From a virus (lineage: Duplodnaviria; Caudoviricetes): DNA of 64,000 bases. A program made the translations under genes and the position numbers. Numbering within the stretch: the stretch's first letter is position 1; each line of letters starts with the position of its first letter. The DNA is taken from IMG/VR virus record IMGVR_UViG_3300021256_000079, positions 30,755 to 94,754 of that record; one strand, written 5' to 3'. The notes below the pieces were generated by a model that had not been told where the DNA came from, made no database searches, and was given only the letters and a program-made list of their open reading frames with translations. Of the stretch, positions 44,084-56,200 are shown piece after piece.

Positions 44084-45391
44084 TTGAGTGAAATGAAATC
44101 TGATGCCATGGGACTAGGCAGTAGGCTTAAGCATGCGTGGAATGCCTTTACCGGAAAAGATCAAACCGAAGCATGGACACGTCCGGATATTGGACCTGCT
44201 AATTACACTCGTCCAGATAGGCCGCGTTATCGCTTTGGAAACGAAAGAAGTATACTTGCTAGTATTTATACGAGAATAGCAATTGATTGTTCCGCTATAG
44301 ATATTCAGCATGTACGTCTTGATGAAGAAGGTCGATTCCTGGAGCGTATTGATAGCGGTCTGAATTACTGCTTATCAACTGAAGCTAACATTGATCAGAC
44401 AGCTAGAGCCTTTAAGCAGGATCTTGTCATGAGCATGCTTGACGAAGGTGTTGTCGCAGCAGTTCCTGTTGATACAACCGTCAATCCTCGCATTACTGGT
44501 AGTTATGATATTCAGACTATGAGAACTGCGAAGATTGTTGAGTGGTATCCGAGAAACGTGAAACTGTCACTTTATAACGACCGAACCGGCAATAAAGAGG
44601 AGATTATTCTTCCTAAAGAGACAGTGGCAATAATTGAAAATCCCTTATATGCCGTAATGAATGAGCCTATTTCGACACTGAAAAGGCTCATTTATAAATT
44701 TAATCTATTAGACTCTGTCGATGAGACAATTTCAAGCGGTAAGCTTGATCTCATCGTTCAGCTTCCTTATCCGATTAAAACTGAGATGAGGAGGCAGGAG
44801 GCCGAAAAGCGGCGCAAAGATCTCGAAACGCAGCTTAGCGGCAACAATAAATACGGGATCGCCTATACGGATGGTACAGAAAAGTTTACACAGCTTTCTA
44901 GACCGGTTGAAAACAAACTCATGGATCAGATCGAATACCTGACGAGCATGCTATATAGCCAGCTGGGAATGACGAAGGAAGTCTTTGAGGGAACCGCCGA
45001 TGAGAGAGTGATGATGAACTATATCAGCCGTACAGTTGAACCAATTGTGTCTGCAATTTCTGATGAGTTTAATCGAAAGTTTTTGACCAAGACCGCTAGA
45101 GCACAGCGTCAGAAAGTGATGTACTTTAATGACATCTTTAAGCTAGCGACTGCCGATAGCATGACAGCTAATGGTATTCAGCTTGTCACGGGTGAAGTAA
45201 TCACCAAAAATGAGCTTAGACAGCGTATGGGTTATAAACCGATTGAAGATCAGGGTGCAGATCAGCTGATGAATCCTAACATTAATCCTGGAGGAGGCAT
45301 GGACCAGGCTGTTGATGCAGGAGCACCAGTTGAAAACGAGGATGGCAACGAACCAACGCTTGCTGACATGAAGGTATCTGACATACCTTGA
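44084..45391 (+). CDS. Portal protein (HK97-like)
   Basis: Size, position before protease/capsid, TKNELR..G..PI motif; start may be 44108. Confidence 0.88.
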   Translation: MSEMKSDAMGLGSRLKHAWNAFTGKDQTEAWTRPDIGPANYTRPDRPRYRFGNERSILASIYTRIAIDCSAIDIQHVRLDEEGRFLERIDSGLNYCLSTEANIDQTARAFKQDLVMSMLDEGVVAAVPVDTTVNPRITGSYDIQTMRTAKIVEWYPRNVKLSLYNDRTGNKEEIILPKETVAIIENPLYAVMNEPISTLKRLIYKFNLLDSVDETISSGKLDLIVQLPYPIKTEMRRQEAEKRRKDLETQLSGNNKYGIAYTDGTEKFTQLSRPVENKLMDQIEYLTSMLYSQLGMTKEVFEGTADERVMMNYISRTVEPIVSAISDEFNRKFLTKTARAQRQKVMYFNDIFKLATADSMTANGIQLVTGEVITKNELRQRMGYKPIEDQGADQLMNPNINPGGGMDQAVDAGAPVENEDGNEPTLADMKVSDIP

Positions 45392-45470
45392 GAACCGAAT
45401 TAGCTTACAGACTTCAAAATGGAAGTCTGTTTTTAATTTCGGAAATACTTTTTAGAAAGGGTAAGGACGA

Positions 45471-47483
45471 ATGAAGAAAACTAAATATGACTTCGGCGGA
45501 TGGGCGACAAAAAATGATCTGCTCTGTGCCGATGGCAGAACCATTCGACAGGACGCCTTCAAGGATGACGATGGGCGAACGGTTCCGCTTGTTTATCAGC
45601 ATAACCATGAAGATCCTACTCGAGTAATTGGCCATGCACTACTCGAAAACAAAGCAGACGGTGTTTATGCATATTGCAGTTTGAACGGAACGGGCATTGC
45701 TCAGCATGTAAAAGAATGCATCCGTCATGGCGATATTAATGGTCTTAGCATTTATGCAAACAAGCTTGTACAGCGCGGAGGCGACGTTATTCATGGCGTC
45801 ATTAGAGAACTTAGTGTTGTACTTTCTGGGGCTAATCCTGGTGCTGTGATTGAGTTCCCGATCCTCGAGCACGGGGAAGAAAGCGAGACTGAAGCTTTTA
45901 TTTGGTGCGGCGAAGAAGGAATCGATTTCGAAGATGATCTCAGTCATGCTGAAGAGGAAGACAAAGAGGAAAAAGCTAAGGAGCCGCCAGTAGAAGAAAA
46001 GAAGCCGGAGGCTAAAGAAGTGGCTAAGGATAATAAAGAAGAAACAGTCCAGGACGTTCTGGATTCAATGAATGATAAGCAGCGCAAAGTTGTTGAGTAT
46101 CTGGTTGCTCAGGCACTTGGCGGCGATGAAGATGATGGCGAAGACGAAGCTGAACACAGTTACGATGATGAGTATGAAGATAGTCTGTCTCATGCTGATG
46201 ACGGCGAAACAGTTCAGGACGTTCTTGATTCAATGAACGATAAACAGCGCAAAGTTGTTGAATACCTCGTCGCTCAGGCACTCGATAGTTCTAGTGCTGG
46301 AGAAGATGAAGAAGACGAAGACGACGAGGAAGAAGACGAAGAAGTTTCACATAGCGATTTCGAAGGAGAGGATTATACTATGAAAAAGAATGTTTTTGAT
46401 AACGACGTTATGGATCAGCAGAACGACACCCTGACCCATGCTCAGATTGACACCCTCATTAAAGATGCAAAGCGCCTCGGCAGTCTCAGACAGTCCGTTC
46501 TTGAGCACAGCGCTGAATATGGCATCGATCAGATTGACTGGCTGTTCCCGGAAGACCGTAGCCTTCAGAACACCCCTGCGTTCATTCAGCGCGACATGGG
46601 TTGGGTTTCTAAGGTCATGAATGCTGTTAACCACACTCCGTTCTCTCGCATTAAGACCCTGTTTGCAGATATTACTGAAGACGAGGCCCGTGCACGGGGT
46701 TACATCAAGGGTAAGCAGAAGAAGAACGAAGTATTCACCCTGCTCAAGCGTACCACTGATCCTCAGACCATTTACAAGAAGCAGAAGCTCAACCGCGATG
46801 ACGTTGTTGATATTACTGACTTCGACGTTGTTGCCTGGATGAAGCAGGAAATGCGTATGATGCTGGACGAGGAAATTGCTCGTGCCATTCTTATTGGTGA
46901 CGGTCGTGAAACTGATGATGATGATCACATCAGCGAAGATCACATCCACAGCGTCTTCCACGACGACGAGACCCTGTTTGTTGTTCGTCGTCAGTACACT
47001 GCTGTTCAGGGTGAAGAGAAGGCCAAGACCCTTATCAAGCTGGTTCGTAAGGCCTGGAAGGACTACAAGGGTAGCGGCAATGCTGTTGCTTATGTGTCTG
47101 AAGACACTCTGTCTGATCTGCTCCTGCTGGAAGACAGCTTTGGTCATTTCCTCTATCCGACAAAGGATGTTGCTGCTAGCGTTCTTGGTGTTCAGGACAT
47201 TGTTACTGTTCCTCCGATGGCTGACACTGCTTCGGTTCGTGTTGATGAAGATGCAAACAAGACCTATCGTCCTCTGATGATCATTGTCAACATGAAGGAC
47301 TACAATGTTGGCGCCGATAAGGGTGGCTCTGTCAACATGTTCGAAGACTTCGACATTGACTACAATGCTCAGAAGTATCTGATCGAAACCCGTTGCAGTG
47401 GCGCTCTTGTTCGTCCGTTCAGCGCTATTGTTATCGAGGAAGAAGTCGTGGCTAATGCCGGCGAAGGAAACGATGGCAACTAA
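45471..47483 (+). CDS. Prohead protease - scaffold - major capsid fusion
   Basis: HK97-type protease (QHNH, GLSI, ELSVV..GANP), acidic linker, capsid domain. Confidence 0.88.
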   Translation: MKKTKYDFGGWATKNDLLCADGRTIRQDAFKDDDGRTVPLVYQHNHEDPTRVIGHALLENKADGVYAYCSLNGTGIAQHVKECIRHGDINGLSIYANKLVQRGGDVIHGVIRELSVVLSGANPGAVIEFPILEHGEESETEAFIWCGEEGIDFEDDLSHAEEEDKEEKAKEPPVEEKKPEAKEVAKDNKEETVQDVLDSMNDKQRKVVEYLVAQALGGDEDDGEDEAEHSYDDEYEDSLSHADDGETVQDVLDSMNDKQRKVVEYLVAQALDSSSAGEDEEDEDDEEEDEEVSHSDFEGEDYTMKKNVFDNDVMDQQNDTLTHAQIDTLIKDAKRLGSLRQSVLEHSAEYGIDQIDWLFPEDRSLQNTPAFIQRDMGWVSKVMNAVNHTPFSRIKTLFADITEDEARARGYIKGKQKKNEVFTLLKRTTDPQTIYKKQKLNRDDVVDITDFDVVAWMKQEMRMMLDEEIARAILIGDGRETDDDDHISEDHIHSVFHDDETLFVVRRQYTAVQGEEKAKTLIKLVRKAWKDYKGSGNAVAYVSEDTLSDLLLLEDSFGHFLYPTKDVAASVLGVQDIVTVPPMADTASVRVDEDANKTYRPLMIIVNMKDYNVGADKGGSVNMFEDFDIDYNAQKYLIETRCSGALVRPFSAIVIEEEVVANAGEGNDGN

Positions 47484-47500
47484 TTCAAGAAGGAGATAAC

Positions 47501-47833
47501 ATGGCGAAGTTTTATGATGTTGTAGGCTATGCCGAACAACGAGAGGGAACTGGTGAACACGAAGGGGTCAAAGAAGACGTTATCGTCGAAAGAAGATATT
47601 TCGGAGAAGTTCTTAGGAATACCAGACGATACGAAAACGGAAGTGACATTCTTGAAAATGTTAGGATTAACAATCAGATCAGCATTGTTGCCGATGCATA
47701 CGCTTATGAACATTTCTTCGCTATGAAATACGTGAAGTGGATGGGGACGCGCTGGGTAATTACCAACATCGAGGTTCAGCGTCCCCGTCTTCTTTTGACT
47801 ATTGGGGGCGTGTACAATGGGCCGAAGGCTTGA
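47501..47833 (+). CDS. Head-tail joining protein
   Basis: Position; ISIVADAYA..YVKWMG..PRL. Confidence 0.7.
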   Translation: MAKFYDVVGYAEQREGTGEHEGVKEDVIVERRYFGEVLRNTRRYENGSDILENVRINNQISIVADAYAYEHFFAMKYVKWMGTRWVITNIEVQRPRLLLTIGGVYNGPKA

Positions 47834-48143
47834 TCTGCATCATGTTTTACGAAGTACATATGAATCCGTAACTGGAACTTCAAGTGAAGGGCATGTCTTT
47901 TTCCAACCAGGAAAAGATACTGAACTTCATTACCCGTGTATTTTGTATAAGCTATCTAACATTCCTGTTGATCGTGCTAATAATCGTCCGTACAAAATTG
48001 AGCACGCTTACGATTTGACCGTTATCGATAGAGATCCCGTAAGTCCTCTTCGAGAAGCTATTGTGATGCTTCCATATTCTCGTATGAATCGTTCATATGA
48101 GGCTGATGGTTTGCATCATTATGCGTTTACTATTTATGACTGA
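47817..48143 (+). CDS. Tail terminator / completion protein
   Basis: FQP..YPCILY; position before the major tail gene. Confidence 0.7.
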   Translation: MGRRLDLHHVLRSTYESVTGTSSEGHVFFQPGKDTELHYPCILYKLSNIPVDRANNRPYKIEHAYDLTVIDRDPVSPLREAIVMLPYSRMNRSYEADGLHHYAFTIYD

Positions 48144-48162
48144 TATCTAGGAGGAAAATATT

Positions 48163-48825
48163 ATGCCTACTACTAAGATGCTGCACTGGGACGCCACTGG
48201 TGAAAAAAAGTATGAAAATGGTGTAAGCCAGGGTGTTCTGTATCTTAAAGACCCTGATACTAATAAATGGCTCGGTTATGCTTGGAACGGTCTTACTTCC
48301 GTGAACGAAAGTCCGGAAGGTGCCGATAAGAGCGACCTGTGGGCCGATAACATTAAGTATGCTTCTATGCGTGCTGCTGAAACTTTCGGTGGTACGATCG
48401 AAGCTTATACTTATCCTGAAGAGTTCGAGCGTTGCAATGGTGAAGCCAAACTGGCAACCGGTGCCGTTTATGGTCAGCAGGCTCGTGAGGTGTTTGGCCT
48501 TTGCTATCGTACTGAAATCGGTAACGACGAGAACACTCAGTACGGTTACAAACTTCATCTCGTTTACAACTGCACTTGCTCTCCTTCTGAACGCGCATAT
48601 GAGACTATCAATGATAGCCCCGATGCTATTACGTTCAGCTGGGAGTTCGACTCCACCCCTGTTAATGTAACGGGTGGCAAGCCCACAAGCATTATTACAG
48701 TTGATAGCACTAAAGCTACAAGTACTGGCATGGCAGCTCTCCTCGCTGCTCTTTATGGCACCGCTGATGATGATCCTTATCTTCCTGATCCGGATACTGT
48801 TGCAAGTTTGCTTGCTACTACCTAA
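48163..48825 (+). CDS. Major tail protein
   Basis: GVLY..AWNGLTSVNESP..ADNIKY..IEAYTYP. Confidence 0.88.
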   Translation: MPTTKMLHWDATGEKKYENGVSQGVLYLKDPDTNKWLGYAWNGLTSVNESPEGADKSDLWADNIKYASMRAAETFGGTIEAYTYPEEFERCNGEAKLATGAVYGQQAREVFGLCYRTEIGNDENTQYGYKLHLVYNCTCSPSERAYETINDSPDAITFSWEFDSTPVNVTGGKPTSIITVDSTKATSTGMAALLAALYGTADDDPYLPDPDTVASLLATT

Positions 48826-48840
48826 TCAAAATGGAACCTT

Positions 48841-48876
48841 GGAGCTGTCTTTCGGGGCAGCTCCTTAATTTTTTTC
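48841..48876 (+). terminator. Terminator after major tail gene
   Basis: GGAGCTGTC-TTTCG-GGGCAGCTCC followed by T tract. Confidence 0.8.
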
Positions 48877-48902
48877 GTTTATGATGAAAGGAGAATAATT
48901 TT

Positions 48903-49337
48903 ATGGTTAAGAAGACTGTCACTTTTACAAACTTTGATGGAAAAGAAGTTACCAAAGATTTTTACTTTAACCTTAGCAAGATGGAATTCCGCGTTCTCGA
49001 TCGTAAGATTCCTGGTGGACTTCAGAACATGATTGATCAGATCATGAAAGAAAAAGACGAAGACCGTCTTATCGATCTTCTGGACATTCTGATTCTTGAG
49101 AGTTATGGCGAGAAGTCTGAAGACGATCGTTTCGTGAAGGAAGATCGTTATGGTCGTAGGCTCTCTACTTTCTTTAAGGTTAGCGAAGCTTGGGACGTTC
49201 TGTTTATGAATCTCGTGAAGAGTGAAGCTGAACTTCGCGAATTCCTGACAGGTATCGTTCCTAAGGATGTTGCTGATAAGGCTGATGAAGAAGCCAAGAA
49301 ACTCGAAGGAACTTTGACGCCGATTAATCCCGAGTGA
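48903..49337 (+). CDS. Tail assembly chaperone
   Basis: Position; DFYFNLSK motif. Confidence 0.7.
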   Translation: MVKKTVTFTNFDGKEVTKDFYFNLSKMEFRVLDRKIPGGLQNMIDQIMKEKDEDRLIDLLDILILESYGEKSEDDRFVKEDRYGRRLSTFFKVSEAWDVLFMNLVKSEAELREFLTGIVPKDVADKADEEAKKLEGTLTPINPE

Positions 49338-49362
49338 TGATATTTGAAAGGAGATCTGACTA

Positions 49363-49899
49363 ATGCTTAGGCTTACAATTCCTTCAACTGAATTATTCGA
49401 TGAAAAAACAAATCGATTTATTACAATTCATGGAAGAGAGCTCCAGCTTGAGCATAGTCTGGTCTCCGTTTCTAAATGGGAAAGTAAATGGAAGAAACCG
49501 TTTTTAGGTAACACTCCAAAAAATCGAGAAGAGACGATTGACTATGTTAGATGCATGACAATTACTCAGAACGTTGATCCGATCATTTTCCTAGGATTAA
49601 CAGATGAAAACATTGAGACAGTTAATCGTTACATCGATGATCCAATGACAGCCACCACGTTTAAAAACGACAAAAGAGCGAACAGACAAGTGATCACAAG
49701 TGAGATCATTTACTATTGGATGATAGCGCTTGGAGTTCCGATGGAGTGCCAGAAGTGGCATTTGAACAGACTGTTAGCCCTGATTAGAGTTTGCGACGAA
49801 AAGAATAAGCCGGCTAAGAACAAAAGTCGCAAAGATGTAATGGCCGAGAATAGAGCGTTGAATCAATTACGTAAAGCCAGAAGTGGCTCACACGGATAA
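49363..49899 (+). CDS. Tail assembly protein
   Basis: LEHSLVS.SKWES; KWHLNRL. Confidence 0.7.
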   Translation: MLRLTIPSTELFDEKTNRFITIHGRELQLEHSLVSVSKWESKWKKPFLGNTPKNREETIDYVRCMTITQNVDPIIFLGLTDENIETVNRYIDDPMTATTFKNDKRANRQVITSEIIYYWMIALGVPMECQKWHLNRLLALIRVCDEKNKPAKNKSRKDVMAENRALNQLRKARSGSHG

Positions 49900-49917
49900 G
49901 AAAGTGAGGATACGATT

Positions 49918-50298
49918 GTGGCGCTTATTAAAATCAAGCATAAGGGAAATTTCAATAATGCCGAGAAGTTTTTCAATCGTGTCCTTAAACGTGACTATCT
50001 AAACATTCTCGGAAGGTATGGAGATGCTGGCGTTAGAGCACTCAGAAACGCTACTCCGAGTGCAAGTGGAAAGACTGCTGAGAGTTGGGATTTCGGAATC
50101 GAAGAAGGAAACGGAACAGTTACTTTGTATTGGTCTAATTCCAATGAAAACGAAGGCGTGAACATTGCAATACTTTTGATTTATGGTCACGGACTTCAAA
50201 ATGGAACCTACGTCGAAGGTATAGACTTCGTGGATCCAGCCATGCGTCCAATTTTTGAACAATTAGCCAATGAATGTTGGAAGGAGGTTACTCGTTAA
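49918..50298 (+). CDS. HK97 gp10-like tail component
   Basis: ATP..SGKTA.SW; YGHG. Confidence 0.7.
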   Translation: MALIKIKHKGNFNNAEKFFNRVLKRDYLNILGRYGDAGVRALRNATPSASGKTAESWDFGIEEGNGTVTLYWSNSNENEGVNIAILLIYGHGLQNGTYVEGIDFVDPAMRPIFEQLANECWKEVTR

Positions 50299-53200
50299 TG
50301 GCAAACAATTCAACGGATACTCGAATTGTACAAATGCAGTTTGACAATAGAGAATTTGAAAGGAATATTGCTCAAAGCGAAAAGTCATTAGATAAGTTTA
50401 AGGAAGCCTTGGACTTTTCGAAGTGCGAGAGCAGTCTTGAAGATTTTCAGGATGCCACTAAAAAGTTGACCTTCGAACAGATGGCTGAAAACATTCAAAA
50501 GTTGACGGATAAATTCACAGGTCTTGGTAATCTTGGAGAATTCGCAATTAGTAAAGTTCGTCATGAACTTGAAAGCGCTGCTTATAAAGCTAAAGCCTTT
50601 TTTGATAGTATGACTATCGAGCAGGTCAATGTTGGTTTTAGTAAGTTTGGTCAGCTGAATAAAAAAGTTCAAACAATTATGGCTGCGACTGGTCGAGCCG
50701 AAAGTGACGTTTATACGGTACTAGAACGTTTGAACGAATACACTGACCAAACAAGCTATAACTTTGTTGATATGGCTGCTAATATTGGTAAGTTCACATC
50801 TGTTGGTATTGGACTTGAAGACGCTGAAAAGCAGATGGAAGGTATTGCTAACTGGGCTGCTCGATCTGGTGGCGGCATTCAGGAAGCAAGCCGAGCCATG
50901 TATAACTTGAGTCAGGCAATGGGTGTTGGTGCTCTTACTAAGATTGACTGGAAGTCAATTGAGAATGCCAGCATGGCTACAAAGGAATTCAAAGAACAGC
51001 TGATTCAGGCAGGTCTTGCAACAGGACAGCTTGTTAAAGAGAATGGTAAAGTCATGACTGCTAAATCTCTTGGTAAGCAGGTTGAGGTTACTTATCAGAA
51101 TCTTGCTGAAACACTTTCTAAGAAATGGGCTAACACAGAAGTAATGCAGAAGTCGTTCATGGCTTATTACTATGAAGACTTATATTACACTGGCGAAATA
51201 GCAACTGGCGTTAAAACTACAAAAGAGCAGCGTGACGAACTTCGAAAACTTGTCGCACTAAACGAGAAGATAGATTTAAAAGCTTGGGAAAACATTAAAT
51301 CTGAATCGGATAAGATTCGAAATGACTTACTTTCAAGTGAAGAGATAGACCATTCCGAATGGGAAAAACTAAACATCGACTCTGAAGAAAATCGACAGAA
51401 GATATTAGATGCCGCTGTTGAACAGAAAAAGATTCTCAAAGAGGTAAACGAAGAAGGCTATACTGTTTACAAGACTTTGGCTAAAGATGGTAAACAGATT
51501 GAGCTTACAACTGAGAACTTTGATGAATTTGTAAAAAGAGGTCTTTTGGACGAGACACTTATGACAGTTGTTTTTGGTCTCGACATGGATCCTCTTATCG
51601 AGTCCACTGAAGAACAGAAACAAGCCCTTAAAGATGCTCTTGGTTCAGATGATATTATTCTCAAAAAAGACTGGGCTGAGAATCTTAAAGCCGCTGGTCT
51701 CGCTAATGACGAATTCAAGCAAGCTGCTATGGATGCTGCTGTTGCTGCCGGTACTCTTAAGAAAGAGACGGATAAAGCAGGAAAGACTATCTACAAAACG
51801 GCTAAAGGATTCGGGAAAGAGACAGTTGTCAATCTTCAGAACTTTGAAGAAACTCTTAAAAACAAATGGTTCACAGGCGCTGTTGCCGATAGAGCTGTAA
51901 AGCTTAACGATCTTGGTAAAGCTGCATATGAATCAGCTCAGAAATGTATGACGTTTACCGATGTTCTTGATGCTTGGAAGGACCAGCTTTCTACTGGTTG
52001 GATGAACAGCTATAAGAAGATATTTGGTGAATTGTCTGAAAGCATGGAGCTTTTCTCTAACGTTTGTAATAAAGTTGGTGAAGCTCTTGGTAATCTTGTT
52101 GAGTTCAGGAACAAGATTCTTGATACCTGGGGTAAAGCTGGCGGAAGAGAGAATCTTTGGGCACTTATTGTCGGCGAAGTTACTGATGAAGGAGAAGCTA
52201 TAGCATACAAAGGTGCATATGGTCTTTTGGATGCCTTGGGTGACATCGGAGAGATGATATCCAACGCCTTTTTTGAAATGCTTAAACTGTTTGCCGATCC
52301 AGGTAGTCAGCTAAACTGGGACGAAGAAGGATACAAAGAAGGCTGGATGGCAGCTACTCTTAATCACGCTATTGTCTCAATTAGAGCATTTATTGCATCT
52401 ATTCATGACTTCTTTAATGCGTCTTCTGAGGGTTCTGAGAAGAGCAGATGGGAACAGATTCAAGATGTTGTTAATGCTATATTCGCCACATTCGCTTTAG
52501 CATATGTTGTTATTCGTGATGTTACTGGGTTTATGTCCAAGCTCTTTGATAAGGATCATTTAGGAAAGAGTTTGGATTATATTCTGCAGCTTCTTAGTGC
52601 TCTTGGTGTTGGCGTTTACGACATGGTTGATTCTGCTGAATCAGCTGATGGTCTACAGAAATTATTCAATGGACTTCTTGAATCTCTTGAACCATTAATC
52701 GCAGCTGTTAATGAGCTTGTTGGCGTCATTGTCAACAATCTCATTGGGACTTTGGAAAACGGTAAAGAGAGCGGAACGTTTGCTGGAATTTGGGAAACTA
52801 TTTGCGATATTTTTAAACTTCTTGGTACTATCATCTCTAAAGTCGCTCCTCCTTTTCTTAAGTTTGTTTCTAGCATGCTTGAGATTATTAACGACTTGTT
52901 CAATGGAGAGCTAACGGGCGATAAACTTAAATCGCTTGGAGCGAGACTTGAAGCTTCTATCACACAGCTTTTTGATGATGTTTTTGGTTTAATTCCTGGA
53001 TTTGGAAAAGACTTGCAAGGAGCTATAGCTTACATCTTTGGCTTTGCAGAAGAAGGCGCAGAGGATGGAGCAGATGGTAGTAGTAAGACAATTCTCGGTG
53101 TTGCTAAGCAGTGGCTTAGGAAGATATTTGGCGGATTTGCGAACATTTATGACAACATAAAAGGCGACGCCGATCAGTTTAACCTTTTCACGTGGGCTAA

Positions 53201-56200
53201 GCAGATGCTTGGTCTGGATGCTTTTGGTAAATTCATTGGTCAAATGGCTGGCGTTGTAAAGGGAACAAACTTATATGGTATCATCATGTCGTTCCTTGGC
53301 GGCTACGCATTGTTTAAGCTTATTGGAACTCTTCGTCAGGGAACTGGACTTCTTAGAAATCTACAAGGCTTCTTCCAGGGAGCGCAAGACGTAATGAAGG
53401 ACGGATTGAAGCTTAAGTTTGGCGATCAGCTTGAATCAACTGGCGATAAAGTCATGAAGATTGCTACTGGTATTGCGCTTATTGCAGGATCGGTAGCTGT
53501 TCTTGGTAGCATGGATCCTAAGAATCTTTTGATCGGTTTCGCTGCTTTAGCCGGTGTCATGATTGCTCTTGGTGGATTCCTTCTTCTTATGAAGCAGTAC
53601 GTTCTTAAAGACTTCAAGGAAGCTATGGGTCTTACTGCTACGATTGGCGCTGTTGCAATAGCAATTCTTAGTATCACGCTCGGCATTGGCTTGCTAGTTA
53701 TGATGCTCAAGCCACTTGCCAACATGGAGCCCGACGGTATTATTAAAATGCTCACCGGTCTTCTTGGCGTTGTTACTATTCTCGGTCTTGTCGCAAAATA
53801 CATTGGTAAAGATCTTAAGAATCTTAAGGGTGCTGGGTCAATAGCCGCGATGGCTGTTTCTATCGGTTTGCTGATATTTGCCCTCAAACCGTTGGCCACA
53901 ATGGAACTTGGCGAAATGGGAAATATGGCGCTCGGCTTAATTGGTATTTTGACAATTTTGGCTTTGTTTAGTAAATACGCCGGTAACATGAAGATTAAAG
54001 GCACAGGAAGTCTTATACTTCTAGCCACATCCATAGCGATACTCGTTATGTCATTAATGAGTCTTAAAGATTTAAAACCCGAGCAAATGGCTAATCTTGG
54101 TACTGGATTATTCGGGATTCTTACAATACTCGCTTTATTTGCGAAATATGCCGGATCCATGAAAGGAAAAGGCATGGGCCAAATGATCCTTGTTGCCGGA
54201 AGTATATTTATACTGATGCAGGCTATAATGCCACTAGCTAATCTTAAATGGGAACAGCTAGGAAAACTCGGAGCAAGCCTTGCTGGCATAATGATAATAC
54301 TTGGTGCGTTCATTAATGAAACTCAGAGTATGAAAGCAACGGGCATGATAAATCTCGTTGTAATCGCAGCTGCAATATGGGTTCTGGTTAGAGCGATCGA
54401 ACCTTTGGCCAAATACGAATGGAGTCAATTGGCTAAAATTGGTGTTGGACTTTTTGTTATTTCTGGCATTGTTATAGCTATGACGCAGCTTGCTGGTGAT
54501 ATGAATATTCTTCAGGGTGCTGGTATCGCCGTCATGCTCGTAGGTTTCGCAGCTGTTCTGCTTGCATTTGGCTTAGCTATGAGTTCTGTTGCTGGACTGA
54601 AAGTTGATCAGATTGAATCTACTTTAAGCGGATTTGTGTCAATTCTTATAACATTTGCTCTAATTCAAAGATATTTGCTTAAAGATAGCGACATTCTTGA
54701 TGCTGTTCACACGTTGATTCTTCTTGGCGGTTTAGCTGTCGTGATGATCGCATTCTCGATAGCGCTTAATGAAATAAAGAATGTCCCGACTGATAAAATT
54801 ATAGCGTTCTCTATTGGTCTTGGCGTGCTTGTTGCTGGCGTTGGTTTAGCACTAAAACTTACAAAAGGTCTAACTATAGGTGGAGCTATAAAATCCATTC
54901 TTATTATATCTGCTGCCGTTGCTGCTCTGATGGCAGTGTTTGCTATTGTCGGAAAATTTGCTATAGGCACACTTGCTAGTGCTTTAACAAATTTGGCTGC
55001 AAATCTTAAGCTATTCAGCGGTATGATGACGGATTTTAGCGACCGCATGAATAAAGTAGATGAAGGAAGCATTAAGAAAGCAGAGCTTATTATAAATATG
55101 CTCGCCGAAATGCTTAGTGATCTTGTTGGTATTTCTATTGGATCTATTTCTTCCTCTTACTTAACGACTATTGCATCACATCTTACTCTTACTAGCGGTA
55201 TGCTTATCGATTTCAGTAGTCGAATGAATAGAATCGATCTCACCGCGTTTACAAAAGCTCAGACAATGATCGATCAGATACGGCTTATGATGATTAGTCT
55301 TACTGGATTTGAGGATTTCACGTCCAGAAGAGAAGCATTCACAACTGCTCTGTTTGATCTTGGTACTGGTATTGAAATCTTTGCTACACATACTGGCAAT
55401 GTCGGCGATATGTCCAACAACTCCGCTATTCAGATAATTAAGGATCTTAGTGGATGCGCTGGTGATCTTGACATCATAGCAAAGATGGATCTCGATAAAT
55501 TAACTTCGTCTATGACAGGTCTCGGCGGCGCTATGATGCTTTATGCAAAAGGTGCTGAAGAGGCAACTGGCATTGCGACTGAAACCGAAGGTGCTCCAGA
55601 TGTTGCAGGAGCAGTTGGTCTTCTTAGGGATATTTCTAATAGTCTTACTGAAGAGGGCGGTTTTACTATTCCTGAAAACATGCCTTCTGATCAAGCTTTG
55701 GGAACATTTGGTGCACAGCTGGCAGCTCTTGCTGGCGCACTTGTTGAATTCGAAGCTGCTGGAAGCAAACTTGGATCTGGAACAGATAAGGCCTTAGAGT
55801 GTCTCGATTTCTTTTCTGATCTTAAGGCTAAGCTTTCAGAAATTAATATGGGTGAGGCCATTGGCGCTGTGCTAACAGCCTTTATTACAAAAAACGATGT
55901 CACAGTTCAGCCTAACGAGCTTGAAACATTTGGTAAAAACATCGAACAACTCGGTTTAGCTTTGGCTGCATTCGCTAAGTCTACAACTATTGTTGATGAA
56001 TCGACTGGCGAAATTACACCTGTTGATTATTCAGTAGCTGTTGAAGCACTTCAGTCGTTCTCTGGTCTTGCTAATAGTCTTCCGACTATTGGCGGTATCA
56101 ATGCTTGGTGGACTGGCAACAAAGAAAGCCTCACTCAATTGGCAGCGGATCTCGAAGCTCTTGGACAGGGACTTAAAGATTTCAGTATGAAGGTAACTGG

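Noticed and set aside
49300-49365. Programmed frameshift between tail chaperone genes
   Set aside because: No clear slippery heptamer, and the downstream gene has its own strong RBS.
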